The position numbers and the translations under genes were made by a program. This document shows positions 36,201-50,400 of a stretch of DNA of 64,000 nt, in pieces. Origin of the DNA: Klebsormidium nitens (lineage: Eukaryota > Plantae > Klebsormidiophyceae); assembly GCA_000708835.1 (NCBI GenBank), contig DF236981.1, forward strand, positions 62,001 through 126,000. The letters run 5' to 3'. Position 1 is the stretch's first letter. The number at the start of each line of letters is the position of its first letter. Under the pieces are notes generated by a model. That model saw nothing but the letters and a program-made list of their open reading frames with translations. It had not been told where the DNA came from and did not search any database.

Positions 36201-39200
36201 TCAGAAAAGCCTTCACTGAGCTTCCACAAACGATGAGACTTCCAGCGGCCTTGAAAGCGGCATCGAGTTGGGCCGCACGAGTCGAGACTCGCTCTCCGAC
36301 GCCCTAAAAGAAGAACAAGTGATTTTCGTTTTGCCATTGAGTTGGGCAAGTTTACGATCTACCAGCATCACAAGAAGTTTCGCTGAAGGCCCACACACAA
36401 TGACTTTTCATTCACGGTTGAGAGAGGGGGCGGCTGATCGCGCAGTTCCACGGCAATGCCTCCGCAGTAGTTCTCGTGTTGCGGAGATACTGGTCACGTG
36501 CTACCGCCTTTCGTGACTCGAATACTGGCGTATGATCTATCTGGTCGCCCAGCCAAGGCTTCATGGATAATACGGCGCAACCGTTATGGAGGCATCGTAT
36601 GACTTTTCTCAAACACGAAGGGTCTCAGGACACAGAAGCACGTCACAGCGACGTGCTTTGGCCGTATGGACGAGGGCACGGGTACATGTCCCTACCTGGA
36701 GCCCCTTTGCCTCCCGCCCAAACTTCGCCGCCACCTCCGCAATCTTCGAATCGACATCCGCGATCTTCTCGTCCTGCGCTCGCAACTCCAGCTCTTTCCG
36801 CGCAACCGCCTCTCGCAGGGCCTTGAGCTCCCCTTCGATCGTGCTCTTCACTCCCATCAGCTCCTCTTTGAAATCCACTTCGCTTCGCGTCGTTTCGTCG
36901 ATCTTCAACTTCAGTGCAGCGTTCTCCTCCTCAATCACTCGCAACTCGAGACCGACTTTTCTCCGCCTTTCTGCGACATCGTCTTCTTGTTGCTGGAGCG
37001 ATGACTCTTGCTCGGAAGCGGCGGCTTCTGCTGACTCTTGGGCGCGGAGGGCGTTCGCATGCGCGGAGGCAGTCACGGCGCGCAGCAGGGCGGCGCCCTC
37101 GAGCTGTACGTCAACCTCCTCTTGAGCAGTCGCTTGCACCTGCAGGAGAAGAAGAAGAAGAAGCGCTGTCATCAGCGTTCGAGCTCGAAACGATTTGAGG
37201 AACGAAAAGCAACGTCTGGCGGACCCTTGCACCTGCATGAGGAAGCGCCGAGTTGGAGTTTGTTCGTTGACATCTCCGATGTTTGGGACTCTTCAGCAAT
37301 CGAATCAATGTTGCGATATATAACCGAGGTTCGCTGGCTGAGAACAGAAGAAAGGGAGTTGCTGGCAACTCAAACTAGGAAAGTGTATGCACAGCTAAAG
37401 ACCAGTTCCTGAAGGTGCATCACAAGATGAGTGGTAGCTTGCGGATCTTGTTGGTGGATCTGTTGAAGATGAGGCACGAGAGGGGAATATATCATCTTTC
37501 AAAACTCCAAAGCGCAGCCATTTTTCCTTGGGCCCCGTCTGAACGAACATCACTGATACCCAATGTCGAAAGCTTCATCTTGGTGTATCAAACGTAGGCG
37601 TACATTACTTGTGTTTCTTGGCCATGATTCTCGGCACCCAATTCCAATCAACAAGGCCCATACCTGCGCCGACGAACTATCGCTCTCCGCCTCCGCCGCT
37701 CGCGCGGCAGCTGTGGCTGCAGCCGCCTCTTTCTCCACGCCCTCAATCTCTTTAGTGAGCTCATCCGCCTTCTCAAAGTCTTCTTCATCGCACGCTATCC
37801 CCACCTGCTGTTCAAGGTCGGCAACACGCGCAGCTGCAAGGATCGAAATGGAAGCTGCTGAAAATCTTAAATCGACAATTCATCGAATGCCCGAGCCGAC
37901 ATCTCGCTTCGTTTGTTCCCTCGTTCTGTTGTTGTCCTCCAAACACAGTGTGCAATCATTCTGACTCCCCTTGTTGGAGTTGAGCCAGGTGTTACCAACA
38001 TAAGTACTATGTACGCAGTCTGTCACACAGATGACCGAGATGGACCCTGAAGATCACCAAAAGGACGTTATTGTCCACAAACCCAATGGAGTTCAGGATC
38101 CACGCATTGGAACCTGCCCCTCACCTGCCTCTGCCGCTCTCTCTGCTGCCTCCCGCTTTTTCTGCACTGCCGTCTTCTTGGTGGCAATTGCCCCCGCCAC
38201 CTTCTCCCTGATGATCGCCAGCCTCTTCTCCACATACTGGCGCACCTGAGCCACCTGCTTCGGCAGTGGCAAACCCTCCAGACTCTCGACCGTCGGAGGC
38301 GGCTCCTCTTGCAACTGCTCCTCCAACGCAATGCGCTCAATGTCGAGATCCGTCTCCAGCCTCTGGAGCGCCCCCTTTGCAGTGCCTTGCTCAGATGCAA
38401 TTGCCTCGCCGACCGCCTCCCCCTCTTCTGTGCCCACTTTCTCCAGACTCATTGCTGTCGGAAGCAACGCGGCTTCGGACGGGACGGACTCCTTAGGGTC
38501 AGCGTCAGGGACCGCAGCTTCAGAACTCTCCCCCTCAGCTTCAGGTTCGTTCTTGTTTTCTTCACTATCATCGTCCTCAACAAGTTTTGCTACAAACGAC
38601 TCTTGATCCGCTTCCTCTTTCCTCACCGCCTCCCTTTCCTCCTCAATATGCTCTGCAGCCAGCTTGGCCTTTTCAGTTTCCTGCTCCGATGGCTCTGCTT
38701 GGTCACCGCTCGGAACCACTGCAATCATTCCCTTACTTTGCACTTCTTCCAAGTCTTTTCCACCAGCTCCCCCCTCCTTTCCAGACACGCTTCTGGCCCC
38801 TGTTTCTGACCCCGCATCTCTCTCTCCTACCCTCTCGGCTCCACTTCTAAGCGCCACATTCCCTTCACCAGTCACTTCCCTATGGCTGTCATGCAACTCT
38901 CCCTCGTCATCCCGCCCCCTTCCCTGCAGCTCTGAAACATCCCCTATGCTAGAGCGAGGGCTCTGGCTCATTGGAGTCCCGTCACTGGGCGTAGGAATTT
39001 GACTCCCAGGCGCTGTACCACCCTTTGCGCCGTCATCTGCATCTCCCTCCCGTGCATATCCAACCCGCATGCTCCGCTTCTTCTTGCGAACAACTGCCGG
39101 CCGCAGAGCAGCAAGAGCAGCCGCAGAATTGCCTGTCGGAGGAACAGTACTGACAGGGGGAAGCTTCAACATTGAGACCCCCATTGGAGGGGCGTTTGCG

Positions 39201-39670
39201 ACTATTGAAGGAGGGCTCGCCGAAGTGGGCCGCATACTGGCCAGGGGAGGACTTTTAGGCGGAAGGGACTCTCCAGCAGCAGCAGCATCCTGGGGCGCCT
39301 TCGCAGCACTGACCTTCGGATCATCCAATGCACTTGCCAGGGTGCCAGTCCTGTCTGCTTCCACATCTGTCTGTTCAGAGGGTTCCATGGCCTCTGCCAA
39401 CGGATCGGCGACCATACTGAGGCCACTGAAGAGGCCCTCGTCCGCCTCGGGCATTACTGAATTTGCATCTGCGGGGGTTGCAGTCGAATTGGTATCCGCC
39501 ACTGGTCCCGCATCGCTCTCTTCCAGAACAACATCTTGCGCAAAGCTCATGCCAGCGAACAGCTCGCTGTCGTCCGGCTCCTTCTCTCTCTCAGCTTCTG
39601 GAGCCAATGCATCCGGCTCAGGCCTTTTCTCAGAAAGGTCTTTTGCCGCATTGAACATTCTTTTGAACAT
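33223..39670 (-). CDS. Acidic coiled-coil protein with UVR-like motifs (At5g25070-like), 7 exons
   Basis: Exons 39670-38125, 37833-37664, 37139-36696, 36125-35853, 35333-35170, 34587-34428, 33828-33223; all are phase-compatible. Motifs LFAGMSF, RKKKRSMRVGYAR, ACDEEDFEKADEL, EKKLAAQARNFKEAARLSAEAK and AAEAEDFEEAGSLQAE. Confidence 0.82.
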
Positions 39671-40388
39671 GGTGCCAGACGCAATTGGACCTTTGGGTTG
39701 AGCACGCTTTAAAAGTTGGAAAATCTCGAGAAGAGAAGGCACACACGAGAGCGCAGCTGTAGGCTGTGCATGCAGGCGATCAGCTGCCACTTGGATCCTG
39801 AATGTGTTTGCTGGCTTTGTGTATGATAGCGAACCCTCAGCTAGCTCTAGCCTCAGGCTCTAGCCTCTGCTGCTTCAACGAATGCCTTGCTCAAGCTCAA
39901 GTCTGACACTTGCCTAATTCTGTAAAATGTAGACTTCTACCTACATTATACATAGTTGCATGGATGTGGTTGATTGCGTTGGGGAATCGGAGGCCGTATT
40001 TGTCTGTCGTCATTGGGATATGAACGCTTTGTGAATTGTGCTGCAAGCTTTTTGAGCACGTTTATTATGCTTGCGGCCGCTAAATTCCGGTAATATTGTG
40101 TGATGTCTGTCAGCGGCCTTATACTGGCCCATACGACAAGGGGTTGATCGGTTGGGCGGCTGATAAGTCCGAATATGTTAAATTAGTAAGAAAACATTGC
40201 GAAAGGTGGCAATTCCATGTCACTGTCAAGGAAGGTGGTGCGACAGTGAACAGGCTAAGGAAGATGGAAGGATCGAGCTCTTTGAACTTAGCATGAGGGG
40301 GTTTATTAGGTGCAGGCAGCAAAATCATTCAATGATAGACCGTTAAAAGAGCGGGGGACGCCACCTCTTTCGCTGGTCTGTGTCCATA

Positions 40389-42246
40389 ATGCAGAGCGTT
40401 CAGAGCTGCATGATGTGCGGACAGTGCAGCAGGGGAGCCAACACTGGCGTCCAACACTTACCTCAGCAGCATCTTCAGTCCTCAGGACCCTTGCGCATCG
40501 CCTCTCCATCCTTGAAAGCATCCCAAATTCACTCTGGGGGAACAGCAGTGCTTTCAACCGACAACCGCAGCTCTACACAGGCTCTGAGATGGGCCCCTGA
40601 CGCCCATCATAAGCGATGGGTGTTCACAACCACCTCGAAAAAAGGACCTGGTCCAGGGTCTTGCGACGCACCCCGCCATCCGCAATCGCAAGTTAAATCC
40701 GTCTCAGTTCCCTCTGTAGGAAAGCCGTCTGTAATGCTGTTTCGGCGCCCTACGTTGCATGTAAAGAAGCGACCGGTCACTCTGCCCGCCTCTAAAACCA
40801 GGTCTCAAACCTGTAGTAGTCAGGAAGTATGTTCTCAAAGGTCGTTCGGGCCGGACAAACGTCATCTAGGCCGACATGTTGATCAGCGCAGGAGAAAGGC
40901 TCCGCTCATCGCACTTCACAACGCGCAGTATCCTCAGTTCCGCCGCACCACCCTGCAAGCTTCTTCGTCAGAGAGCCCCGCAGCTACTACTGAAGGTTCT
41001 CTTGAAGACAGGCTAAGAGCTCTTGAAGTCAGTGTTAGTGAAGAGGACAACAGAGATGTTGAGTGGTTGGCAGAGGGAGGGGCTTGGAGGGTGCGGGCCG
41101 CTCAGGACGGGGAACTTTCAAAGATCGCCGATGTCCAAGCACAGGCTTTTCATGAGAAGCCGGCACTAGCTTTCCTTGACAGAGCAACATTTAGCATGCT
41201 CAAGGTGAGATGGCTGCCCTTGAAAGATTCATTCGTGGCGTACTTGCTACCACTTCAAAGATTGGGAGTGTTTGCCCCAGAGACCTTTCAAATCACAGTA
41301 AGCTTCTTGATTGCGTCATTTGGATTTGAAGTCAAGGTGAGCAAATCAAAAACCTTGAAGACTTTGGGGAGCTATTAAAATGTCCTCCTTGACTTGCTTA
41401 GAGAAATATAGTACCTTCAAGAATTCCTCTACTCACTTATGATCGCTTTACACATTTTGTTGCACCTTCAGGCGGAAATCCTGGACACCTTGCTTCGCAT
41501 GCGAAACAACTCCAAGCCTGGCAAGTAAGCAACGACCTATAGTCCTGCATCAAGTGCAACCAGTCGAAGCTGGACATGGACTCTTGATATGAACCGTATG
41601 ATCAACGAGAAATATCTAGTTCGCACGTACTGCCACATGCTTGGACTTTCCGTCCATTCTCCTGTCGGATTGTTTTCATCCTTGTTTACTCTCCTTGATC
41701 AGTACAGATAAAGTACGATTTCCTGCCGGCCTGTTGATTACATCGTCATATCTGTTTGCGACTTAAAGCTGCCACAAGCTGGAAACAGGCGTTTGTATCG
41801 ATAGGACTCAATCATGACGTCCTTGCAGGTACTTCTCGTTAGTAGCCGTGCCCCAGGATGACAGTAAACCGGGTGGGAGGCAACTGGAAAATCTGCCAAG
41901 TATAGTTGGTTCTGTCGATCTTATTCTGCTCCAGAAAGAAGACGTTTTGCGCTTTATTGAGGGGGCCTCGGAGTACATGTACGTAAGTGGCATGGCGGTA
42001 CATAACGAGTACAAGAGGCAGGGAATAGGCACTTTGCTACTCAAGGGGGTCGAGTCGAAGGTGAAAGCGTTGGGTATCCAGTACATAGCGTTGCAAGTAT
42101 ATGCCGAAAACCACGTTGCACAGACACTGTATGAAAAGGCTGGGTACCAGGCAGTCCACACTTCGTCTGCTTGGGCTCTCGAAACAATGCTTCCCGGTAC
42201 TCAAGGAAAGCGAAGAGTGCTAATGATCAAACGGATGACCTCCTAA
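40389..42246 (+). CDS. Plastid-type GNAT N-acetyltransferase (GNAT10/At1g72030-like), 3 exons
   Basis: Exons 40389-41204, 41472-41524, 41829-42246. Long Ser-rich transit-like N-terminus. Acetyl-CoA motif EYMYVSGMAVHNEYKRQGIGTLLL, then N..AQTLYEKAGY and C-terminal GKRRVLMIKR. The start Met is uncertain (40389 or 40734). Confidence 0.85.
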
Positions 42247-43152
42247 ATTTTGGTTGATCCGTACTTGAAGGAAAATGCTTTCCAAACCTCAGTATTCCCC
42301 TGCCTCGCGACACTACTACAAGACGGCTCCAGGGTCAAATGTTATATGCAGTGCGGCAACGGTATACGTCGAATCGGAACGCGAGCCGAAGGAATCAAGT
42401 GCACCATGTGCAAAAACCCTCATCAAGTGCATGTGAAGTTGCGCCGTTTTCGCTGGCCCGTTGTCTTGAGTTATACATCTTTTCCATTAACGGTCTCTTT
42501 CCATTTTTTGCAACGCCGTAGCTCCAAACAGGCCATACCAAGGCTTCTCATGGCGGCGGGCATGGACAGATATAGCAGTCAGTGCATGTGACGATTTCTT
42601 CAATTATATCTAAAGCTGCTATAGTGTCCATGTGCTCAACTCATGCCAACGTTCGAAGTATACAGGCTGACCGATTGCTGATCCTGAATAATTCATATAG
42701 CTTGTATACTTGATGTTACGTGGTTCTGTCGATGTGCACGCGCGCAAGGTGGCCTTGCCCAGTTCCAGCTCACTATGCCGCAAGCACCAAAGGGCAACTG
42801 GCGGCGGACCGCGATTGGGTCAAGGTCTAGTTTTACATGTACACGTCAGATAGAGCTATCTTCTTTGATACCGGTGGCAAATAGTCAAGCAGCTGCATGC
42901 AGCCGCCACCCGCCAGCGCTAGCTCCAGCTGCGGTTTTTTGAGTCGGATTGGAACATGGTCTTCTGGAAAATAATATATTTGGCAAGGCCGCGGGTGACA
43001 ATGAACGAAATTCCTTCATGAACCAGACGGAGCAGCCAATCTATTTGTATCCACCGTCTATGCTTGGACAACCGTGTGTCCGCTTTGACAGTCCGAGTCG
43101 AGCTCCCTAGCTCCGAACCTATAACGTCAGCCGTTGGTTTACGTCCCTGCCC

Positions 43153-46100
43153 TCAGTCAAAGACTCTCTCTCCAGTTGCAAAAACGTTCCAGATGACGGT
43201 GCTGACCAGATACAAAGCACACGTCAAAAGTAGGGGCAGTCGCCACGACCCAGTCCTCTCGACAAGATACCCGGTAGAAGCCGTTCCCGCAATACCCGCT
43301 AAGGTTCCTCCAGTATTGGAAAGGCCGTGAAGCACGCCTGCATACCGGGGGCCGATGTCCTGCATGACGAGTTTCAAACGCGTCATTGGCCGTGGTTGAA
43401 AAGGCAAGTAACATCATAGGACTGGCCGTCTTCTACACCGCTGATCGACTCGCCTTGAACTGAAACTTTATACACCGCGGCACGAAATCTTCATATACAT
43501 CATACTAAGAAAGGAGGAGGAGAAGCAGAGTAAACACCTCGAGTCGGGCAATAATCCTGGAGAAGGGGACGGTACTTTTATGCTTGTCCGTCGCACCTGA
43601 TGAGAACAATCGCAACATTCCGAGACAACGTTCGACACTTCCTGCATTACAACTACTCAGATTCAACCATGAGGGCCATACTACGCAAGTGAAAATATTC
43701 CTCCTCCAAAGACGTTACGGCCTTTCCAGAATCTAGGCAGGAAAGGCCTCATGGTTCACCTGGTAGTTAACAAGGAAGCCAGCCTGAGTGAAGGCAGACA
43801 AGCCGAGCGCCGTCGTTAACCACAGCGATGCGGCCGTCGGGGTTCGCGCCGACAGCATCACAAATATAGCGATCGCCGGCCCCACGTTTCCGATGCTCTG
43901 CAGAAGAAGGGTAGCACGGGAGTTCAGTCCATTCGTCGTCTGGCTATCAATCCGGTTTCGCAGAGTGCTTTGGCCGCCAACAGCTTGAACCGAGAGGCCC
44001 TTGCTACATGATTCGCACCCAGTGTTTAAAGTTGACTGCACAGGCGATGCTTGCGAACCATGATTCCAATATATGGACGCAAGGGCAGAGCCAGCTTGAC
44101 GTCGAGAGCTGTTTCAGATGTCATGCAAGTATCCGAGTGCCGGGTGCTCGATGGTTTGTTTAGGAAGCTTTCGATAATGACGACATGACTTTAATAGCGC
44201 GACCGTAGGAAGGGTAACAGCGTTCCAAAAGAGAAACATTGACGCTGTAGATCTAAGTCGTGCACCAAAACGACGCCTGCCGATTGAGGCGCACCTAAGA
44301 ACAAGGATTGGCCTGCTTCTGGTTCCCTCAAAGCCAAGACTAGCCTCTTGGCTCACAATGACCTCGTGGCAACTCTTCACAACATGAACGATCCGATCGT
44401 CGCCTGGGATGAAAGAAGGAAGCGAATAGTCCACAATAACGACCCAATTGACGACAAGAAGCCCCTTTCTCTGTACAGCGGTCGCTCAAGATCAGCTTCA
44501 AGCTTCGGCGCCACGTCAAACCGAGCCCAAAAAAGTGAGCATGACCTCATATTATACCAAGACATTTACGGTCCAACTCAGTGTCCAATGCCTCTTGTAC
44601 AGCCCTACCTGCATGATTTTCCGGATGGCCGTGACGCTAAAGCCCTTCGACGCCAGAGAATCCGCAATGACCGCTGCCATGTAGCCAGCTGCAGCCATGA
44701 CGGCCCACGGAAGCGCGGCAAACGACGCGGCTTGTCGGAGATCTGCCTTAAGCACCTGGCTGAAGTAAAGCGGCATCCAGGACAGCAGGATGAAGTAGCC
44801 CTGCGCCAGAAACATGTGATGACGTGAGCCTGACGTCAGCCTAATGCCATGGAAGGAGGAAAGACGAGCCGGTAAGAGCTACACGCTCTGAGATCGAACG
44901 GCACACGTTGACTTCCTTCGGCTGAAGCAGGGTTACTGTCTGCAAGCTGCGTTCGAAAGAGTCAGGTCCTGAGAATCTGATGGACCTCTTACAGAAGGTT
45001 AACGGCACTAGTCTACAGCACTTCTTGATATCCGTCAACCCTTCTTCCATCAGTGTTTATTCCCGTCACTGGAACGGACGAACTTTGTAAGTCGTAGGGT
45101 GAAGTGAACGAGGGTTTGATATCTGAAAGGACTTACCCAGTTGTTGACTGAGTTAGCAACAATGATTGCCCACGTCGGCGCTTTTGACAGCAACAGCCCA
45201 AAAGGTGGTAGTCTGCTAGAGGGCTTTTGCTTAGCATCTTCTGTTTTCCGACCGCTTATTGCGTCGATACTACTCCCTACGCTTACTTTCTCTTGCCCTG
45301 CAACCCCGCTCGTCGGTACTAAAGGTGCTCTATCTGGCACGAACGCTAACCAGGCTGCTAACCACACGAAACCCAAAACGCCAAAAATGTAAAACGGACC
45401 CCCAACGCCCATGCTAGTGCCCATCAGAGGGGGTGCCAGTAGCAGTCCCGCCATCGACCCCACGTGGAATCCGGCCATGCACAGCCCAACTGCGCGTGCG
45501 CGTGCGCTTTTTCCTACCCAACGCGCCATCAGATTGTTCATACAGGGAAGCGCGACCCCCTCTCCAAAGCCCATGACTGCCCGGGTGGTTAGGAGGGCGG
45601 TTAGGGAGTGGTTAGCGGCCCAGGGCGTAAGCAGAGTTGCGGCGGACCATAGGAGGATGCCAGCGGCGAGGACCTGTTCAAAGATGGGGGCTTGTGTAAA
45701 TGGTCTGTGATCTATCTAAAACCCAAAGTCAAGAGAAGATCAACTCACTAATAATCATTGGCGATATGAACCTGCTTTGCTCTAACCAAGACGGCAGTGT
45801 CAACAACAGAAGACTACCAAGCAGGGGGCAGTTGAGTGAGCAAGAAGGCAGGAGGCGTTTGCAGATCCAGAACTAATCTATGCGGGAGTCAGTGCATCAG
45901 TCTCTGGACCTGATTGAATGGGGCAGTACTGGAACCACCCATATCACAAGGCAGCCATGAGATGAATTTTTGGGGTAATATGTGCTTCCATTTTCCTTGA
46001 AAACAGAGCCCACCACATTCTACAGACTTCGAGAATACAAAGCAAACGGATCCAGTTTGAGACTACGGCGTGCATGTCTTTTGGAGCTAAAGGAGACACT

Positions 46101-46787
46101 TCCCCTCACCTGCCGTCCACCAAGTTTGTCCGCTAGCGCCCCCCCCAGAACAGGTGTGAAAAGGTAGCCCCACAGAAAGCTGCTCTGAACGATGCCAGCC
46201 ACCGACTCGCCCCAGCCTCTGCTCTTTGCCAGTGGCAGGATTGCAACCGACATTATCGCCCTGTCAGCATTACACAAGACCAACGAGAACGCGACAAGTG
46301 TCACCACCACGATCGCCCTGCCAGCTAGGCCTGGATCAGAGGGTGAGGCGCCTGAAGAAGAAGGATTCTGATTTCCAGAGCTTGCGGCAGCGCATCTGAT
46401 CCCCAATCGGCGACTTTGAAGATGACTGTCAGCGGGCTGAAAAGCGGGCAGGCTATCCCGTCGACTGAGGTCCTTCCTATGGCGCATCTTTAGTGGTGAT
46501 TCTGCATCGTCTCGGCAGTCACCCAGTATCGAAGCTGTGCACTGGTTCAAATCTATTACACTCCCCCCATCGCCGGTTGCAGGCGTCCGCCAGAGGTGGA
46601 CGGACTGGGAACAAATTCTGGCTTTTGATCCAACGGACTTTGACGATTGTAGGCACTGGGGCAGGCCATGGTTCTGATGGGTCCTTGTTGCGCAACCACT
46701 GAATGTTTGGGCTAACTCAGAAGGCAGCTCTGGCTTTCGTGGCAGGCGGCCAAGTGATACCCTCGCCTTTATGAAAATCTGCGCCAT
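43153..46787 (-). CDS. PHT4;2: Plastid anion/phosphate transporter, MFS SLC17-like (PHT4;2/ANTR3-like), 5 exons
   Basis: Exons 46787-46110, 45673-45137, 44800-44609, 43897-43760, 43359-43153. Motifs CNADRAIMSVAILP, VQSSFLWGY, GGALADKLGG, MGFGEGVALPCMNN, NNWGYFILLSWMP, RKIMQSIG and C-terminal FATGERVFD*. Confidence 0.92.
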
Positions 46788-47127
46788 ATTGGATCACCTA
46801 TGAAAGAAGGCCCATGGGAATGTGGTCACATGCTGTATCTATCCCTTTGCACAGGGATGGGAGCCGAACGATATATCACTGAGTAGTACTACCACCACTC
46901 CGGTTATCAATGTGGGGCAGCGCCGTTTTCACAAAGCATTGCAGCGTCTCCTCGCAAAACTTTGCAACACTCGATCCAACTTGGAATATGTACCTGATGC
47001 AATCATGTTATTAGAGCAATAGCTGACAGCGCCCTGCCTATGAACTTAGGTGAAGAACCTGAAACGTACGTGAAAGGAACCCAAATGCAATGCAGAAGGG
47101 GGGCAGCTTCAACCCTCTCCTTCGAGT

Positions 47128-47175
47128 AAAACCCTAAAAGCTCCGCAGCAGCTAGCCAACAAACTCAAACCCTAA
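47128..47175. promoter_or_regulatory. Two telo-box-like motifs in the PHT4;2/OFD1 divergent promoter
   Basis: AAAACCCTAAAA (47128-39) and AAACCCTAA (47167-75). The telo box AAACCCTA is an established plant promoter element; function here is not shown. Confidence 0.45.
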
Positions 47176-47494
47176 CTTCCTTCCTAGGAACTGTAAACCT
47201 GTGCAGGAATTCGACCCTTCGATCTTGCGACACCATCCTATCGTACGGCTCTCAAGCGTCAGTTGGTCGAACAAAGTTTCTTCCTGGGCAGAGCAATCAA
47301 CATGCACCTTTGAGCCTGCTCTGACTTGCTTTGGCTCTGCATCATCATGCTTTGCAGCTTCGCTCAGCAGGGACGGACAAGTCAGAACCTCGCCAGCGCT
47401 CCGAGTCCTTCACATGCAGCTGCCATGGCCGCACAATTCCAGCTGCATTAACAGTAATGTTAATGTATGGTGACCTTCACTATTGTTGTAGGGA

Positions 47495-50400
47495 ATGAAA
47501 AGAATGGCTAGTGAGCTGCTTGTGGAGAAGATGGGGCCAGAAGGAGGGCAGCCGTCTGCGGAGCATCTCAAGAGCCGCTTGTACTCGTCCTTGTTGGAAA
47601 CTGGAGTAATTGACAATCTGAAGGTAAGACACTGGCTTTCGGAGCTGCTTCTTTATGGATACGAGCAGCTGATTTCAAAGATGTGGTGGCCAAAATTTTG
47701 TGGTGTTCAGTAGTCGACTGGTGCAATCTTACTTGGACGTGCTCGGTCAACTTGCAGCTCTTTTTCTCGTTCTTGAATGCTTCGGAGCACTCGGCAGGAG
47801 CTTTCAGGACTTTAGTAGTGTAGGAAAGTTAGCCCATTCCAAGGTCACACATTGTAAGATTAAAATCTTGATTTTTCTTCTTTCAAATTGTTTGATCGAT
47901 TATTGAAGAAGCAGGCCTAGCACTTTGCCAACGGTGAGTCGCTGCTGGAAACAGCGCATCTGCTTCTCCTGAAGCCATTGGAACACTAGGGGCTGAGCTT
48001 TGCAGCATGCTCCTTGAGAAGTTACTTAACAATCAGCCTCCATTCTTGCAGACACAACTACGCACGCAGATCCTGCGTCAGCTGCGCTCTGTTGACTCTT
48101 CAGTACTGGACGCTAGCCCCTCCGCTGAGCCCCCGGCGCTTCCTCAGCGCATCTTGAATAGCCTGTTCATAGACTACCTCACCAGCCAGGGCTATGTGTA
48201 CACTCTGTCAGTGTTCACTCCTGAGTGCGGCATGGCGTCGCAAATGCCGTTCACACGAGGAGAGCTGCTGCACCTCCTTCATCTCAATGATTTAGCAAGT
48301 GTCCTCAGCAGGGGCAAGGTGAGGCGGTATGAAACTCTCATGAAAATTGACGTAGAATCTGCAGTCAAATGAAACAATGAAACAACTTGTTCTGGCAGAT
48401 TGTACTCGTCAAGCTCATACCACCCCCTCTTTTGAACTCGTCTCTGTGGCCTGCAGTTTCAAGAGAGCCAGAAGTCCCTTGCCTGGGAGTTACTGGAGAG
48501 ATTGGACCAACTCAGGGGCCCCTCTACCACACAAGAAAGTGGGAGCCAAACATGGGATGGCCAAGGAGGGGACTTCCCTGGTAAGGCAGTGTTGCCAACC
48601 CCTGCGATATTCATATGCATAAAAGTGGTAAGATTTGATGAAGCTTCAATAGGTTCCAGCTAAGTCCGAAAGAATAGATAAGAATACATGGTGCACTGCT
48701 GTCCTGTGTCTTTGATGACCCTAGGATAACAGACTTTGCGAAAGACGCGCCTCCAGGGCCGTAAATATCGGACACGGCTCTCCACTTTGCCTCCTGCAGA
48801 GTCGCACCTGCGCAGCATTGAGGACCAGTACCTCCATAAGATGGACACTGAGAGGCTGCTGCCATATCACTCCCTGGAGGAGCGCATGGACCAGTACCGG
48901 CGAGAGGTCGATCAGCGGGCGCGCGCAGAGATTGCAGCAGCAGTGAGTGTGTCAGGGACAGCTGCGGTTTCCCCTCCTCAGATTCTACACATTCGAAGCC
49001 TTGTTGACTTTCTATTTCTCGTTCTTTAGCGACTCATGTCCCACAACGAGCATGATTTGTCATTTGGCCATGCAGTCGGACCAAGTTTTCTCAGCATCTA
49101 TCAAACCTTCGGGAAACCGGCTTGGTATGAGCAAGCAAGGCAGGCATCGGGCATTTTGGACCTTTTACACAACTTTTATCACCTGGCATAACGCCCTGCC
49201 GGAGGTAGGGTATATGTTGTGTTCAATGTAACACAAGCGACCACACATCTCGGATCCTGACACCATGCAGGTCAAGTAGTTTCTCACTGCCTTGTAACCC
49301 CAATGCACACCCGGCGCAGGTCGATCGTGTGCGCCAGTTCGAAGTAGGCGCGGCGCGCATGGAGGAGGCGACCCGCTACCGGCGGCAGCTGGAGGACGCC
49401 CGAGAGGACCTTGAGCGCGTTCATGCGGAGCGCTTGGAACAGCTGCGGCGGCGCGAGGAGAGCCAGCGCGAGCGGTTGCAGCGGCAGGCAAGCGGATTGC
49501 GATGTTGACGAGCCAGTCGTCCGATTGTCACGTTACAACCCCAGTCTGCAAGATTCGGCTCAGTCGCATTAGGGCAAAGTTCCGCCAAACAGGGCAATCC
49601 TCACGAAAAAGAACGATCTGAAGCGTGCAATTCTCGATGCCGGAAATTAAACGGTAGCGCTACTATTTCTTGCTGTCCCCAGGCCATTATACTGGCAAGT
49701 AAAGCTTTTCCTAACGGCAACTTTCCCTAAGATACAGGAGCCCCGGGGACCTCGACAAGACTCCAACTCAAAACATGACGCGCTCTGCACCTGCATCCAC
49801 CCTAACCCCCTAATCCACCCCGTTCATCGGGCGCTTATCTTGGTTGAAAATCTGCCCTTATTGAAGGGGCGAATTGCCGGAGTCAGCCGTTTCAAGTCTC
49901 TTCGCTCCGCCTGCAGGAGCGCGCGGCGGAGACGGCCGCGCACGAGCAGCGCCAGCGGATTCTTGCGGAGACGGAGGTGCTACGCGAGCGGGAGGGCAAG
50001 CTGAAGCAGCTGGAGGAGATGCAGGTCGGTGGAACTGGTGTGATGCATTGGATTGAGGCGGTGTGTAATCATTGGGTTGGGTAGCCAATCTGGTAAGGAT
50101 GAAAAGAAACAGGCCGGTCAGAGATTCACTTACTCCAGATGATGCAAATTCCATGGCCTGCAAGAACGACATGCGAAAGAAAGTAGAGGGGGAAACGGAA
50201 AGGCGTTTGGCTCGTGTGCGCCTCACCCAGGGGCTTTGCTTTCCCATTTGATGGGGTTGTTTATACATATCAGTGAAAACTTTGTTGCGGTCTTGATCAT
50301 AGTTTCTGTACTGAATGGCCTTACCTTCTAGTCAATTGAAATCCCTTGTCACTGCGTTTCTGAAATGTTTAAAGAGATCCTGCGATCGGCCGGACTTCTG

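Noticed and set aside
33046-39701. Plus-strand Ser/Ala-rich ORFs (311, 274, 179 and 210 aa) opposite the At5g25070-like gene
   Set aside because: Reverse complements of Glu/Ala-rich coiled-coil codons.
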